Virus record (IMG/VR): IMGVR_UViG_3300005573_000098
Location: 1 to 62,247 of that record
Direction: 5' to 3' (one strand)
DNA: 62,247 nt
From: a virus
Lineage: Duplodnaviria; Caudoviricetes
Positions 8,000-18,159 of the stretch are shown here, in pieces (positions within the stretch are counted from its first letter, which is position 1; each line of letters opens with the position of its first letter). The notes under the pieces are model-generated. The model was given only the letters and a program-made list of their open reading frames with translations. It made no database searches and was not told the origin of the DNA. The position numbers were made by a program, and so were the translations under genes.

Positions 8000-10296
8000 T
8001 ACTGCAAATAATGCTTAAACTGCTCCCAAACCAAAGACAAAAACTTCCTGTCCTTCCTAATGATCTTCCCATAAGTCGAGACATGTTTTGCATCGGCTGC
8101 CAAATTTATTCCCTCTGTTCTGCTAAACAAAGTCTGGAAAAACATCGATAGCATTTCAGTCGGCCTGTAATCTCTTCCCAATAATTGCTCATGATATTGA
8201 TTGTAAATTTTAGAAGCGTAGGGAACTTCCTCGAAAACAGGAATACAAACTTCATCTTCTCTGAAGAATCCGGACTGGGCCACTTCTGAAAGTTTCTTGA
8301 TCTCGACTTGCCCTGTAGGAGAAATCTGCTTGCCATATTCAAAAAGAGACTCGCATAATCCTTTATTTACAGACGGACTGAGATATTCGATATGATGCCC
8401 GTACTCATGGATAACGCTTTCAAATACCGGACTGGCTCTTCCTGACACAAATCCAAGTTTTGCGTCCTCATAGTCTACAAACATTGTATGATAACGCATT
8501 ACGTAATGATCTCTGATACGCTGCCCGCCAAATCCATCCAACCAAATGAAACAATCAAGGTTTGGCTCGGTTTCGGCAAATTCAGCAGGATAAGCTTCTT
8601 TGAGAGCACTCTTCAAATTGCCGCTGGCCATCTTCCAATGACTTTCAACGTCCTCTTTCGTGACTCTCAAGCCAAGCCTTTCTAAGTCTTCTTTTACCTT
8701 CTTAAACATGCGTGACTCAGAAAACTCTCTAATGTCCGGCACCTCTGGGATTTCCCTAAATTTGATAGTCCCAACATTCCCTTCTCTTCCGTCAGGGTTT
8801 ACAAATTTTATCATACGATCGACAAAATCATTCCTGCCTTTCGTATAAGCAGACATTATCTCATTCCTGGACTCTAGCTCCTTTCTCCACAAATCACTTT
8901 GCCGCTGAGTCATGACATCCAACTTTTTAGCAATGTCTTCTGTCTCCTCTTTCAACGAATCCAATAACTTTGCAATTCTGTCTTTCTCTGCCTGATCCAC
9001 AACAGCAGCCAACTTCCTCTCAAGATCTGGGATTTGCACGTACTGCAAATCGCTCTGCCGTTCTCCCATTCTAAGCATTTCCTGATCAAGCCTGTTAATC
9101 TCATCAACGATCTTTTGATATTCTTCGACAAATTGCTCTGCTTCGGCATAACACGCATCAAGAGTTTCATTTACCTTTTGTGCAAACTCATCACCGCTCA
9201 TCCTTAGAAGCTTCTGTCTTTCTGTTTCCTCTACAATTTTTTCCTCAACCTTTTGAACAGGAGAAACGGCTCCAGCGGCCTCTCCAGCAGGAGCGGCTTC
9301 TTTCTTTTTTCTTCCTCTGCTCGCCGCTCTCTTAGGGCTTACAGGAATTGCAACACACCTGCACTGAGGATGATAAGGGATCAAAGGCTCTATATCGTCA
9401 AGAGTATAAATTGTTCCTTCCAATCTTGCGCATTGATCGCAAACACGATCGTCTCCAGCGGTAAACCACTCAGCTTTTACTTCAACACCTTCAACGCCCC
9501 AGTTTCTATATTCCTGGACTGTCGCCGCATGATGAGCCCTCATAATTTCTGTTCTTGTTAGTATCAAAGCTCTGCGCTTTGCCGGAATAAATCTTCCCAT
9601 TTTGTCGACGATTGAAAGAGAACCTCCTTCTCCAGTTACAGCTTTGACTAAATTTCTAGCCAACGGAACAGGATTGATTCCCATTGCAATCCCTTCCGTC
9701 AATACTCTGCTCAACAAAGTATCCAACGAAGATGTGATTCCCTTTAGCTCTCCGAACGTTCTAGTGTAAAGAACTCCCAATCTGTCAACGTGAAAAGGAT
9801 TCTGCAAAGCAGCAGCAAGCCCACCGGTCTTGCTCAAATCAGGAACTCTCTGAATCTTCCTAAGCTCTGATCTTGCTCTAGTAATTCCTTTTTCGTAAGC
9901 TCTTTTAACATAGATGTTTGCCCACGGCTCTTCAACAGGAAACCCCAATTGTTGATGCTTCACAAGCTCCAATAGTCCATTTTTGTGTTGCTCATCAAGC
10001 CACCGCATAAAAGTTTCGATCTTATCCTTCGATGTTCTGAAAACATACTTATCAAATCTTCTCGGCCTGGAAGATGAAGCTTGTTGATAGGTAAATATCT
10101 GAGTGGAAGATGGAGACAATCCAAAAACATCCATCTTCGCAACAAGCTCATAGATCGAATTCGCAAGATTGTTTATCCTTCTCAAAGCATCCCTAAAAAA
10201 CATGCGTTGAAGCGGAATAATCCTAGCAGGATCAGATTTCCTTACAGCAGCGTACAACCAAACTTTTTTGCTGTCTGGCTTACTGAATCTTTTCAT
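7999..10296 (-). CDS. Head morphogenesis protein (SPP1 gp7/MuF) with a long C-terminal extension carrying HExxH
   Basis: RALILTRTE, GDDRVCDQC and PYHPQCRC MuF motifs, then coiled coil and VIHEYGHHIE...PTEMLS. Start placed at ATG 10296 behind GGAGG. Confidence 0.85.
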   Translation of the reverse strand: MKRFSKPDSKKVWLYAAVRKSDPARIIPLQRMFFRDALRRINNLANSIYELVAKMDVFGLSPSSTQIFTYQQASSSRPRRFDKYVFRTSKDKIETFMRWLDEQHKNGLLELVKHQQLGFPVEEPWANIYVKRAYEKGITRARSELRKIQRVPDLSKTGGLAAALQNPFHVDRLGVLYTRTFGELKGITSSLDTLLSRVLTEGIAMGINPVPLARNLVKAVTGEGGSLSIVDKMGRFIPAKRRALILTRTEIMRAHHAATVQEYRNWGVEGVEVKAEWFTAGDDRVCDQCARLEGTIYTLDDIEPLIPYHPQCRCVAIPVSPKRAASRGRKKKEAAPAGEAAGAVSPVQKVEEKIVEETERQKLLRMSGDEFAQKVNETLDACYAEAEQFVEEYQKIVDEINRLDQEMLRMGERQSDLQYVQIPDLERKLAAVVDQAEKDRIAKLLDSLKEETEDIAKKLDVMTQRQSDLWRKELESRNEIMSAYTKGRNDFVDRMIKFVNPDGREGNVGTIKFREIPEVPDIREFSESRMFKKVKEDLERLGLRVTKEDVESHWKMASGNLKSALKEAYPAEFAETEPNLDCFIWLDGFGGQRIRDHYVMRYHTMFVDYEDAKLGFVSGRASPVFESVIHEYGHHIEYLSPSVNKGLCESLFEYGKQISPTGQVEIKKLSEVAQSGFFREDEVCIPVFEEVPYASKIYNQYHEQLLGRDYRPTEMLSMFFQTLFSRTEGINLAADAKHVSTYGKIIRKDRKFLSLVWEQFKHYLQ

Positions 10297-11731
10297 TACC
10301 TCCGCCTTCTTCAACATCGCCACCAGGATTTTCTTCAACTAACTTATCTTCAACATCGGAAGACTTTTTCTCCTCTTCTTTCAAAGTTAAAATATAATCA
10401 ATCTCTTCTCTCGACAAGCCAAGGAAAAATTCAAGAAACGCTTCTTCCGGCACGATGCTGGAAGCCATCGGCTCGGCAGCATATGCAGCCAAAGCTTGCG
10501 TCCGAATTTGTCCTACTCTTGCTTGCTCTTCTTCGCTTTGCGCCCACAAATCCGGCCAAGAAATCGTGTAATCTCCAGTTTCAGGCTCAGGCAAAATCGA
10601 AAGCTCAATCATCCTATCGACAAATGGACGAATAATCCTTTGCTCTACTAATTTTCTTCTGGAAACGATAACTGAGTTCCAGCTTGTCAAATCTTGCGTG
10701 GAAGCAAGCTCTCCTCTTTCGCTTCCAGTAAGAATTCTTTTCGGAATCCCAGTTGCAGCAGAAATCATCTGAATCTGCACATCGACATGACTTGATGGAT
10801 CCGAAATCTGAGACGCCAAAGATTCAATGTCAATTCCTTCGTTGATCAAGAATCTTCTAAGGTTGTGTTCAAACTCATCTAGCTGCTCCCTCAATTCTTC
10901 TCTAACTTTCTCGGTTAGCTGAAACTCAGGATCGACTTTTCCAACATATCCAGGCCTGGCGCCTTTCCAAAACATTTCAGCAGAGCCGCCCACAAGCTTT
11001 TCCAAATCAATTAGTCTGTTAAAAGTTTTCTCAAGAATTGGAGCACAAAACAATTCACTTTCAAGAACTGTTCCCATGACCACATGAAGCACTCTGGAAT
11101 GATGAACCAGCAAAGAAGTCGAGCCTGCAAATGAAGTTAAAGAAGACGAGCTTCCATCCAACATGACGCTATACAATTCTGGATAGCCGAATCGTTGACT
11201 GTTAGGGTTAAGATCGACGCTTTGGATACTGACAGATCCTTGACTTAAAGGCTTTAGATAAAGAAGACTTCCATTGCTAGATCCATTAAATTTACTTCTG
11301 CCAATGTTTGCAGGCTTGGAAAAATCCTCATTCGATTTAACATCATCAATGCCAAGAAGCAAAATCCCAAATTCTCCAACACAACTGAGCCTGTCTAATC
11401 TTTGAAAGATTGAATTCAACCCAAACCTGTTATACATCTCAGCCCATTGCAACTCAAATAACGTATCTTCTGCTTCTTCCGACTCAATCACTTCAAATCC
11501 ATCTCTCCATGTCGACTCAACTGGCCTATCAATGATTGCAGCGGCTATATCCTGTCTTCTATATCTTATAGCATAATCCTCAAACCTTAAAGCCTTTGGA
11601 TAGCCCAAAGCTGTAAACACATCCCTGCTGCCTCCATATTGCAAACCGAATTTCTGCGCCAAATCAAACCTGCTCATAAGAGCACTCATTAACAACATTG
11701 TTGCACTATGTCGATCAGATTTGTTTGCCAT
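10280..11731 (-). CDS. Portal protein (DUF1073-like)
   Basis: Follows TerL; VHHSRVLH and ISAATGIPKRILTG motifs; 483 aa. Confidence 0.88.
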   Translation of the reverse strand: MANKSDRHSATMLLMSALMSRFDLAQKFGLQYGGSRDVFTALGYPKALRFEDYAIRYRRQDIAAAIIDRPVESTWRDGFEVIESEEAEDTLFELQWAEMYNRFGLNSIFQRLDRLSCVGEFGILLLGIDDVKSNEDFSKPANIGRSKFNGSSNGSLLYLKPLSQGSVSIQSVDLNPNSQRFGYPELYSVMLDGSSSSLTSFAGSTSLLVHHSRVLHVVMGTVLESELFCAPILEKTFNRLIDLEKLVGGSAEMFWKGARPGYVGKVDPEFQLTEKVREELREQLDEFEHNLRRFLINEGIDIESLASQISDPSSHVDVQIQMISAATGIPKRILTGSERGELASTQDLTSWNSVIVSRRKLVEQRIIRPFVDRMIELSILPEPETGDYTISWPDLWAQSEEEQARVGQIRTQALAAYAAEPMASSIVPEEAFLEFFLGLSREEIDYILTLKEEEKKSSDVEDKLVEENPGGDVEEGGGNEKIQ

Positions 11732-11758
11732 TGCTTAAACCTCCAATAATTGCAATTG

Positions 11759-13330
11759 TCATACAATCGGACCGGCCACTCTCTTGGCAAGCAAATGGTT
11801 AAATGCTCCGGCAGATGCATCAACTTGATCTTTGTATTTGCTGTATGGAAAATTCTCATGCTCGGAAATGAAAGCACTGTTCCAATCTCCACGAATCAAA
11901 TAAACATTGCCAGAATTAACTTGGACACTATATGGATCCGCTCTACGGACTTTGTCTCCAGTCGGACGGTCAGCTTTAACGATAAATCCAGCCAAATTTC
12001 GAATTGTGTAATTAGCAGAATCCTTTCCTCCGGACCCAGGCTCCTGCTCCACCCAAACGTGAACGTCCTTTCCGTCTTGTTCCGCTTTCGCTTTTATGAT
12101 TGCCTCCCTTTCATTTGATGCCCATTGGCCTCTGCAAACATCGTGAATAATAAAAATTCCGCCACTAGTTTTACTCATCTTCACCCCGACCGTATAGGCT
12201 CCACTATCACTTGATCCCGCTTTGTCCCAATATCGCACTGTATGAATAATTCTGCCGCATCCAACAATGGAAGATACCGAATCCACAATCTTAAACATTT
12301 CAACCCTGAACATCCCACCTCCTGGTGGAACCGGCTTTTGCCCGATTTGTCCGGAGTATCCATACTGGCCCAAGTCAGTTTCCAAACTTTTCAAAACTTT
12401 CCAAGGCATTCGATTCGCATCGAACAAATCATCAACATAATACTTCTCAACTTCCTTTGGAGACAACTGCTCTCTGAAATTTCTGATTTCGCCAGGAAGG
12501 CAAATATGCTTCAAATCACCGAAAGAACTTCTTTTGCTCAACAAATGGCCGGAGCAATCATTCTCATGCAACCTTTGCATTATCAAGATGACCGGAGACA
12601 CATCCTTGTCAACTTTTCTCGTGCTCAACGTCTGATCGATCCAACGATTTGCATTTCTTAGCTCAACTTCAGAAGCGGCCCTATTAGGATCAAGAGGATC
12701 GTCAACGATAAGGATGTGACCATGATAACCGGTCAATGTTCCACCTACAGAGGTGGAATATCTACTTCCTCCGTCTGAGATAATTTCTTTTCCTGTTTTT
12801 GGATCTAATATCTTTCTCTGAATTCTAAAGTTGCTTTTCGTATCTTTGTCTTGTCTAATGTCAAAATCGGGAAACAAGCTCTTAAACTTTTCACTTCTTA
12901 CCAAATCTCTGCATAGTTCCGCATGTTCCAAGCTCAAGGCGCCAGAATAGCTAACTGCAATAAATTTCATCCAATGCCAGTTGACCCAGCACCAAACAGG
13001 AAACATCACTGAGCACATAATTGATTTAGTTGTTCCTGGTGGAACATTGATAATCAAGTCATGTTTTTTAGGTTCAAAATTTCCCACTCTTCTTGCCAAT
13101 TCCATCAATTCGTCCGAAATATAATCAATGTGCCAATTCCAAACTAGCTTATCTGAAGTAATAACATCCCAAAAAGTTTTAATCATATACGGCAAACTTC
13201 TTCTACAAAGCTCCGCTCGAATTAAATCGAAAGCTCCGGCGGACAAAATGATAGAGACAGCTTCTTGCTTCGAAAGAAATTTCTTTCTGCGCTTGTAAGC
13301 AAGATATTTATTGATGCTCAATCGTGACAT
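11759..13330 (-). CDS. terL: Terminase large subunit
   Basis: INVPPGTTKS (Walker A), LIVDDP (Walker B), IMQRLH, RYWDKA and YKDQVDA nuclease motifs. Confidence 0.95.
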   Translation of the reverse strand: MSRLSINKYLAYKRRKKFLSKQEAVSIILSAGAFDLIRAELCRRSLPYMIKTFWDVITSDKLVWNWHIDYISDELMELARRVGNFEPKKHDLIINVPPGTTKSIMCSVMFPVWCWVNWHWMKFIAVSYSGALSLEHAELCRDLVRSEKFKSLFPDFDIRQDKDTKSNFRIQRKILDPKTGKEIISDGGSRYSTSVGGTLTGYHGHILIVDDPLDPNRAASEVELRNANRWIDQTLSTRKVDKDVSPVILIMQRLHENDCSGHLLSKRSSFGDLKHICLPGEIRNFREQLSPKEVEKYYVDDLFDANRMPWKVLKSLETDLGQYGYSGQIGQKPVPPGGGMFRVEMFKIVDSVSSIVGCGRIIHTVRYWDKAGSSDSGAYTVGVKMSKTSGGIFIIHDVCRGQWASNEREAIIKAKAEQDGKDVHVWVEQEPGSGGKDSANYTIRNLAGFIVKADRPTGDKVRRADPYSVQVNSGNVYLIRGDWNSAFISEHENFPYSKYKDQVDASAGAFNHLLAKRVAGPIV

Positions 13331-13904
13331 CGATGTTCTGATTTCCTGGATACAGCAAATTTGTTACACCGTTGCCTTTGTCTTTCTTTTTCTCGATCAA
13401 TTCAATTCCCAATTTTTCCAAAGCTTTCAATTCTTCAATTGAAAAAGCAGAAAGATCCAACTTGAATTGACGCATATCAATTCCGGCTCTCAACAATATC
13501 GGATTCTCACCATCTCCAGCGTGCTCAACTCTGGTTGTTTCTCTCCATCCTGCTTGAGTCTTTAGGAAAAAGCACATGGAAGCAATGTTCCCAGCTCTTG
13601 CCTTGGCAATCAAAGAATCTGCTATTTCCGCAATCAATCTCGCTTTTCCTCTTCTCAAAGATCGCTCAAGTTCTTTATGTTTATGCATGGCCCTGTAAAA
13701 TGTATCGGTTCTGATTCCAAAATAATCCGCAATCTGTTGAACGCTCAAATACGGACTCAACGCTTCGACTTTTGCAAGGATTTCTTGGTCCGATGGATTT
13801 TTCAAAAACTTGCTTCTCTCCTTTGCTCTTAGCAAAAGCAAAGTTTTGGAAGTGCTCTTTTTCAGCTTTGGTTTTCTTTTCCCGTTGCCGTTGTTGATTG
13901 ACAT
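13308..13904 (-). CDS. terS: Terminase small subunit
   Basis: HTH (QIADYFGIRTDTFYR) and FFLKTQAGWRE, directly upstream of terL. Confidence 0.8.
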   Translation of the reverse strand: MSINNGNGKRKPKLKKSTSKTLLLLRAKERSKFLKNPSDQEILAKVEALSPYLSVQQIADYFGIRTDTFYRAMHKHKELERSLRRGKARLIAEIADSLIAKARAGNIASMCFFLKTQAGWRETTRVEHAGDGENPILLRAGIDMRQFKLDLSAFSIEELKALEKLGIELIEKKKDKGNGVTNLLYPGNQNIDVTIEHQ

Positions 13905-13914
13905 TTCAAAATTC

Positions 13915-16900
13915 CTATACAGCGTTTGGATCCAAGGATAATCTTACTCTATATTTTTCGGAAATGGAAGGATAAAGCTCCAATGCCGGATTCGCTATCA
14001 TAATTTGACTAATCTTCTCCGTCATATCAACGTAGCATGGCTGTTTTTGGAAAAGTAATGAGCGACCGATAAGTGCATTTGCAGGCACAATCTCAGCAGA
14101 TTTTATTCCTTCCGCAAATATCGTATATGAGCCAACAGAAACTTCTGGACTTCCAAAAATTTCAGAAGTCTCAATTCCTCCAACATCGTGAATAGCAGAT
14201 GCCCCAACAGCAACGGAAGCATTGAGCGATACATTTTCTTCTGACTCAATCGCAATCGGATTGACGAAAACAGAGCCAAATCCGAAAGCCGGAACTCCGA
14301 AATTCTCTCCAGGTCCAACCGATGGGACAGATATAATGACTGAGCCAATGCTAATATCAGCAGAGCCGAACTGCTCTTGAGATTCAATTTCCCCAACATT
14401 TTTTATCGAAACAAGCCCAGCACTTACAATTGGATAAGAAACAAATTCAGAGGAGTTGATTGAAGAAGGATAAACTGAAACAATTCCAGTTTGCAATAAC
14501 GGATTGGCAACTGACTCTGCAGAAGAAATGCCGGAAGCAATAATTGATAAAGCAGAAAATACAGAGGAATCTCCAACTTCTTCAAGCGATTGAATCGAAG
14601 TCGGTTGAACCGATACCGAGCCGACGTTGACGGTCGGATTCGATATCGATTCCGAAGTCAGAATTGAAATCGGTTGAATCGATATTGAGCCAATGTTGAC
14701 AATCGGATTCGATACCGATTCCAAAGTCAGAATTGAAATCGGTTGAACCAATACCGAGCCGACGTTGATAGTCGGACTTGACATCGATTCTGCCGTCGGA
14801 ATCGAAGACGGTTGAATCGAAATCAATCCAACATTGATAGTCGGCGCGGAGATGAATTCTAAAGAAGAAATGCCTCCGGCATTTTGAACAAATATCTCTC
14901 CGCTGCTAACAATCAAGCTTCCGAACAGCTCAGAGGTTTGAATCGAAGCCGGTTGAATCGAAGTCGAGCCGACACTGACAATCGGATTCGATACCGACTC
15001 CGAAGTCGAAATCGAAGCCGGTTGAATCGAAGTCGAACCGACGTTGATAAACGGACTCGATACCGATTCCGAAGTCGGAATCGAAGCTGATTGAATCAAC
15101 ACTGATCGGACATTGATAATCGGAGTCGATATGGTCTCCGAAGTTAGAATTGAAGCCGGTTGAATCAAAATCAATCCGACATTGACAACCGGATTCGATA
15201 CGGACTCCGAAGTCGAGATTGATGATGGCTGGATCGAAGTCGAACCGACGTTGATAAACGGACTCGATACCGATTCCGAGGACGAAATCGAAGCCGGTTG
15301 AATTGAAGTCAATCCGACGTTGATAGTCGGAGTCGACATCGACTCCGAAGTCGAAATAGATGTCGGTTGAATCTGTAATGCCCCGCCAAACACCTCGATA
15401 GAAACGGAACCAAAATTTTCCGCACTGGAAATTCCTTCAGCATCGGAAACAATTTTCGGGAAATTGGTTCTGTAAACAAGCAAAGATCTAACAACTGTAG
15501 CCGTCGCATTGGAATCGCTGGAATAAGCATATGTATAATATCTGACTCCAGGAAGAATATCTGCTTGGCTTGAGCTGGATTCGACGTATACTTTTTGCGT
15601 CGACGTTGTGCTTATTATTTCTTCCGCGGAACCATACGAATCATCCAAACTCAAATAAGCAGTATATCCGTCAGCAGAAACTTTTAACGTCCCGCCGATA
15701 CCAATAAAATCATTACTTGACGGAACAAGCCAACTTTTTGCAGGAACTGAACAGCTTGAAGAAATTCTTGCCGGAGTAGTCTGGGTGGCATTCGATGGCC
15801 CTGCGCAAAAGGATTGGAAGCTTATCGTCTTTGTGAAATTGGATTGCTTGATGATAAGTCTAATATCTGCAAAATATGCAGTTCCGCCACTTGTTTTTAC
15901 TCTTGGATGATAAACATATCCATCTGTTAAAGTAATCGCAGACGAGCGAACCCTTGTAAGGACTGTTCCGGTTACAGAAACCTCAGAGCCAGAAACCTGA
16001 TTCCCATCTTGATCAAATAAAGCAGCGTATCCAGTGTATGAAGAGCCGCTGGTATAAATGTTGGCTTCAAAGTAAATTGATACAGTCCCATCAAAATCAG
16101 ATGAATTAAACTTAAATTTGGAAGTATCGCAATTGGTCCCAACACTCTCCACATAGGAAGTGCTGGTCGTGGAAGGCATGAGATCTTGAGATCCACAACT
16201 TAAAAGAGCAAATTCCGTGGCAGTATTTGTTATGTTGCCTTTCTGATAAACGTATAGAGTGACTCGCTTGACATAAATAGTTGTTAGAACAGACCCAGAC
16301 CTGAGCCTGAATCTATATTCATGCCCGTTGGCTAGGTTCGATTTGAAAAATGGGGCGGACCGATGAATCTGCCCAACATCTGAAGTTGTGTTGTATACTT
16401 TTACAGCAGATTGCGAGACAGTGCCTTGCGCAGTTATGTCAAAAAGAGCAATGGAAGCATTATCGTTTAGATTGTTCGTGTAAGCATCAACTTCGAGAAC
16501 GAAGAAAACGTCACCGTCGTAATCGTCTTCATTGTACAACCACTTAGAAACACCGCTTGGATAGGTGGCATCAACATAATTTGTATTTACTGCCTGAGCA
16601 TGGGAAACCATCATAAGAGGAATGGCTTTTCTTAATCGCCATGTTCCTCCAGGATCAATCCAGCCTCCAGGAATTTCTCTCGCTGCAAGATCAGCAAGTG
16701 CAACGGAGCCGTAAGATGTCGTATGGACATCATCAATTGCCATAAGCTCCTGATGAGCGTCGAAGAACTCCCTTGGATCCAAAATTGCAAAATTAAGCTC
16801 TGGCCAGTTTGATTGAAATTGAGAAATGTAATTTTCCCAAAAGTAATCAATCGCACTATTGTAGACTGCAAGATCGCCACGCAAATGATATGGCCCACCG

Positions 16901-18147
16901 TAAAAGACTTTCTTAACTCCGTCGGCAACCATATCATCGAAAAGCGATGCAAAATCATTCCATAACTGATTCCAAAACGTAGAATCACATGGTGGGGAGC
17001 TGGAAGGATTCGAGCATTCATCCTTAATGTCATTGAGTCCGCCATCGAATATGACAACTTCAGGAACTCCATATGTTGCCACGCTGTCGGAATACTGCTG
17101 AGGAATTGTCTTTACAGTTCCTCCGGACATTCGTGCTCCGCCGACAGCAGCAATCACAACCTCAATAATTGGATTGGTTTCCGGAAAGAGCCCGAAATAT
17201 TGCTGGATAAATTCGGCAACAGATGAATAATATGGAGAAGCATTTACAACCATCGCACTGTCGCCGAGGATGAAGACATACTTCTTATTCCCAGCTTTAG
17301 GCGATGAGACCGACTCGGACGAAGAAATTGAAGTTGGCTGAAGTGTTACAGCCCCAGGAAGTATTGTCGGGCTAGATACTGATTCAGCAGAATCTATTGA
17401 AGACGGATAGATAGGTTGATATGAAGGCGCATCATCCCAAGTAATAATTATCTGACCATTGGCTCCCTTTCCGCCGACTCTATTTGTGCCAGTCGTTGTG
17501 TTAGCTCTGCCAGCTCCACCACCTCCGCCTCCAGCAATTGATCCGTTATTGCCATTCGCATTTCGCGCGCCTCCATTACCACCGTTTCCACCACCGTTTG
17601 AGCCAACGCCTCCTGAACCTGTACCGCTGCCGGTCCCATTGTTTCCAGGATTAGCGTTGCCCGCTCCAGCTCCGCCACCTCCGCCATAGTTGCTAGATCC
17701 TGCATTGGATCCATAACCACCAGCGTATGACGTAACACCTGGAGCTGTATTAGCTGCTCCACCAGCACCCGCACGGTTACCTGCTACATTTCCGGCTAGG
17801 CCTTTGCTTCCTCCGTTTGCCGCAATGATAACATCAGTATTGCCGCCCGTGTTGTTGTAAAAGATAGTCTGGCCGCCGTCAGTGCCATTTGCGTTCCCAA
17901 CTCCTCCTGTTCCTCCGGCGCCCACAGTGAAGTTGAATGTGTTGCCCCCAGCCAGTCCTGGATAAAGGATCGTGATTCGAGCATAGGCGCCTCCTCCGCC
18001 TCCTCCACCTGTGTTGCCCTGGAGATTAACGTTGGAGCCACCGCCGCCTCCGCCTCCACCCCATACTTCAATTGTAACGTTTCCAACGTTTGCCGGAGCG
18101 GTCCAAGTGCCGTTGCCCGCAGTGTTATATGTATTTGATCCAGCCAT
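13915..18147 (-). CDS. Large virion fibre-like protein: glycine-rich domain, SGNH hydrolase domain and Ser/Thr-rich 23-aa repeats
   Basis: EVWGGGGGGG glycine-rich N-terminus; GDS / G / GLND / DDVH SGNH blocks; repeated IQPxSIxTSESxSxP. Confidence 0.75.
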   Translation of the reverse strand: MAGSNTYNTAGNGTWTAPANVGNVTIEVWGGGGGGGGSNVNLQGNTGGGGGGGAYARITILYPGLAGGNTFNFTVGAGGTGGVGNANGTDGGQTIFYNNTGGNTDVIIAANGGSKGLAGNVAGNRAGAGGAANTAPGVTSYAGGYGSNAGSSNYGGGGGAGAGNANPGNNGTGSGTGSGGVGSNGGGNGGNGGARNANGNNGSIAGGGGGGAGRANTTTGTNRVGGKGANGQIIITWDDAPSYQPIYPSSIDSAESVSSPTILPGAVTLQPTSISSSESVSSPKAGNKKYVFILGDSAMVVNASPYYSSVAEFIQQYFGLFPETNPIIEVVIAAVGGARMSGGTVKTIPQQYSDSVATYGVPEVVIFDGGLNDIKDECSNPSSSPPCDSTFWNQLWNDFASLFDDMVADGVKKVFYGGPYHLRGDLAVYNSAIDYFWENYISQFQSNWPELNFAILDPREFFDAHQELMAIDDVHTTSYGSVALADLAAREIPGGWIDPGGTWRLRKAIPLMMVSHAQAVNTNYVDATYPSGVSKWLYNEDDYDGDVFFVLEVDAYTNNLNDNASIALFDITAQGTVSQSAVKVYNTTSDVGQIHRSAPFFKSNLANGHEYRFRLRSGSVLTTIYVKRVTLYVYQKGNITNTATEFALLSCGSQDLMPSTTSTSYVESVGTNCDTSKFKFNSSDFDGTVSIYFEANIYTSGSSYTGYAALFDQDGNQVSGSEVSVTGTVLTRVRSSAITLTDGYVYHPRVKTSGGTAYFADIRLIIKQSNFTKTISFQSFCAGPSNATQTTPARISSSCSVPAKSWLVPSSNDFIGIGGTLKVSADGYTAYLSLDDSYGSAEEIISTTSTQKVYVESSSSQADILPGVRYYTYAYSSDSNATATVVRSLLVYRTNFPKIVSDAEGISSAENFGSVSIEVFGGALQIQPTSISTSESMSTPTINVGLTSIQPASISSSESVSSPFINVGSTSIQPSSISTSESVSNPVVNVGLILIQPASILTSETISTPIINVRSVLIQSASIPTSESVSSPFINVGSTSIQPASISTSESVSNPIVSVGSTSIQPASIQTSELFGSLIVSSGEIFVQNAGGISSLEFISAPTINVGLISIQPSSIPTAESMSSPTINVGSVLVQPISILTLESVSNPIVNIGSISIQPISILTSESISNPTVNVGSVSVQPTSIQSLEEVGDSSVFSALSIIASGISSAESVANPLLQTGIVSVYPSSINSSEFVSYPIVSAGLVSIKNVGEIESQEQFGSADISIGSVIISVPSVGPGENFGVPAFGFGSVFVNPIAIESEENVSLNASVAVGASAIHDVGGIETSEIFGSPEVSVGSYTIFAEGIKSAEIVPANALIGRSLLFQKQPCYVDMTEKISQIMIANPALELYPSISEKYRVRLSLDPNAV
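14570..15380 (-). repeat. Degenerate 69-bp (23-aa) tandem repeat array within the fibre gene
   Basis: About 11 units resembling IQPASISTSESVSNPIVSVGSTS, visible at DNA level as recurring ggttgaatcgaagtcga...gataccgattccgaag. Confidence 0.85.
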
Positions 18148-18159
18148 TGCTTATTTTAC

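Noticed and set aside
10280-11731. Anti-CBASS Acb1-family label sometimes attached to DUF1073 proteins
   Set aside because: Size, motifs and position after terL indicate a portal protein.
14570-15380. CRISPR array or DGR template/variable repeats
   Set aside because: The repeats are degenerate, in frame and coding, with no unique spacers. No reverse transcriptase or cas gene was seen.
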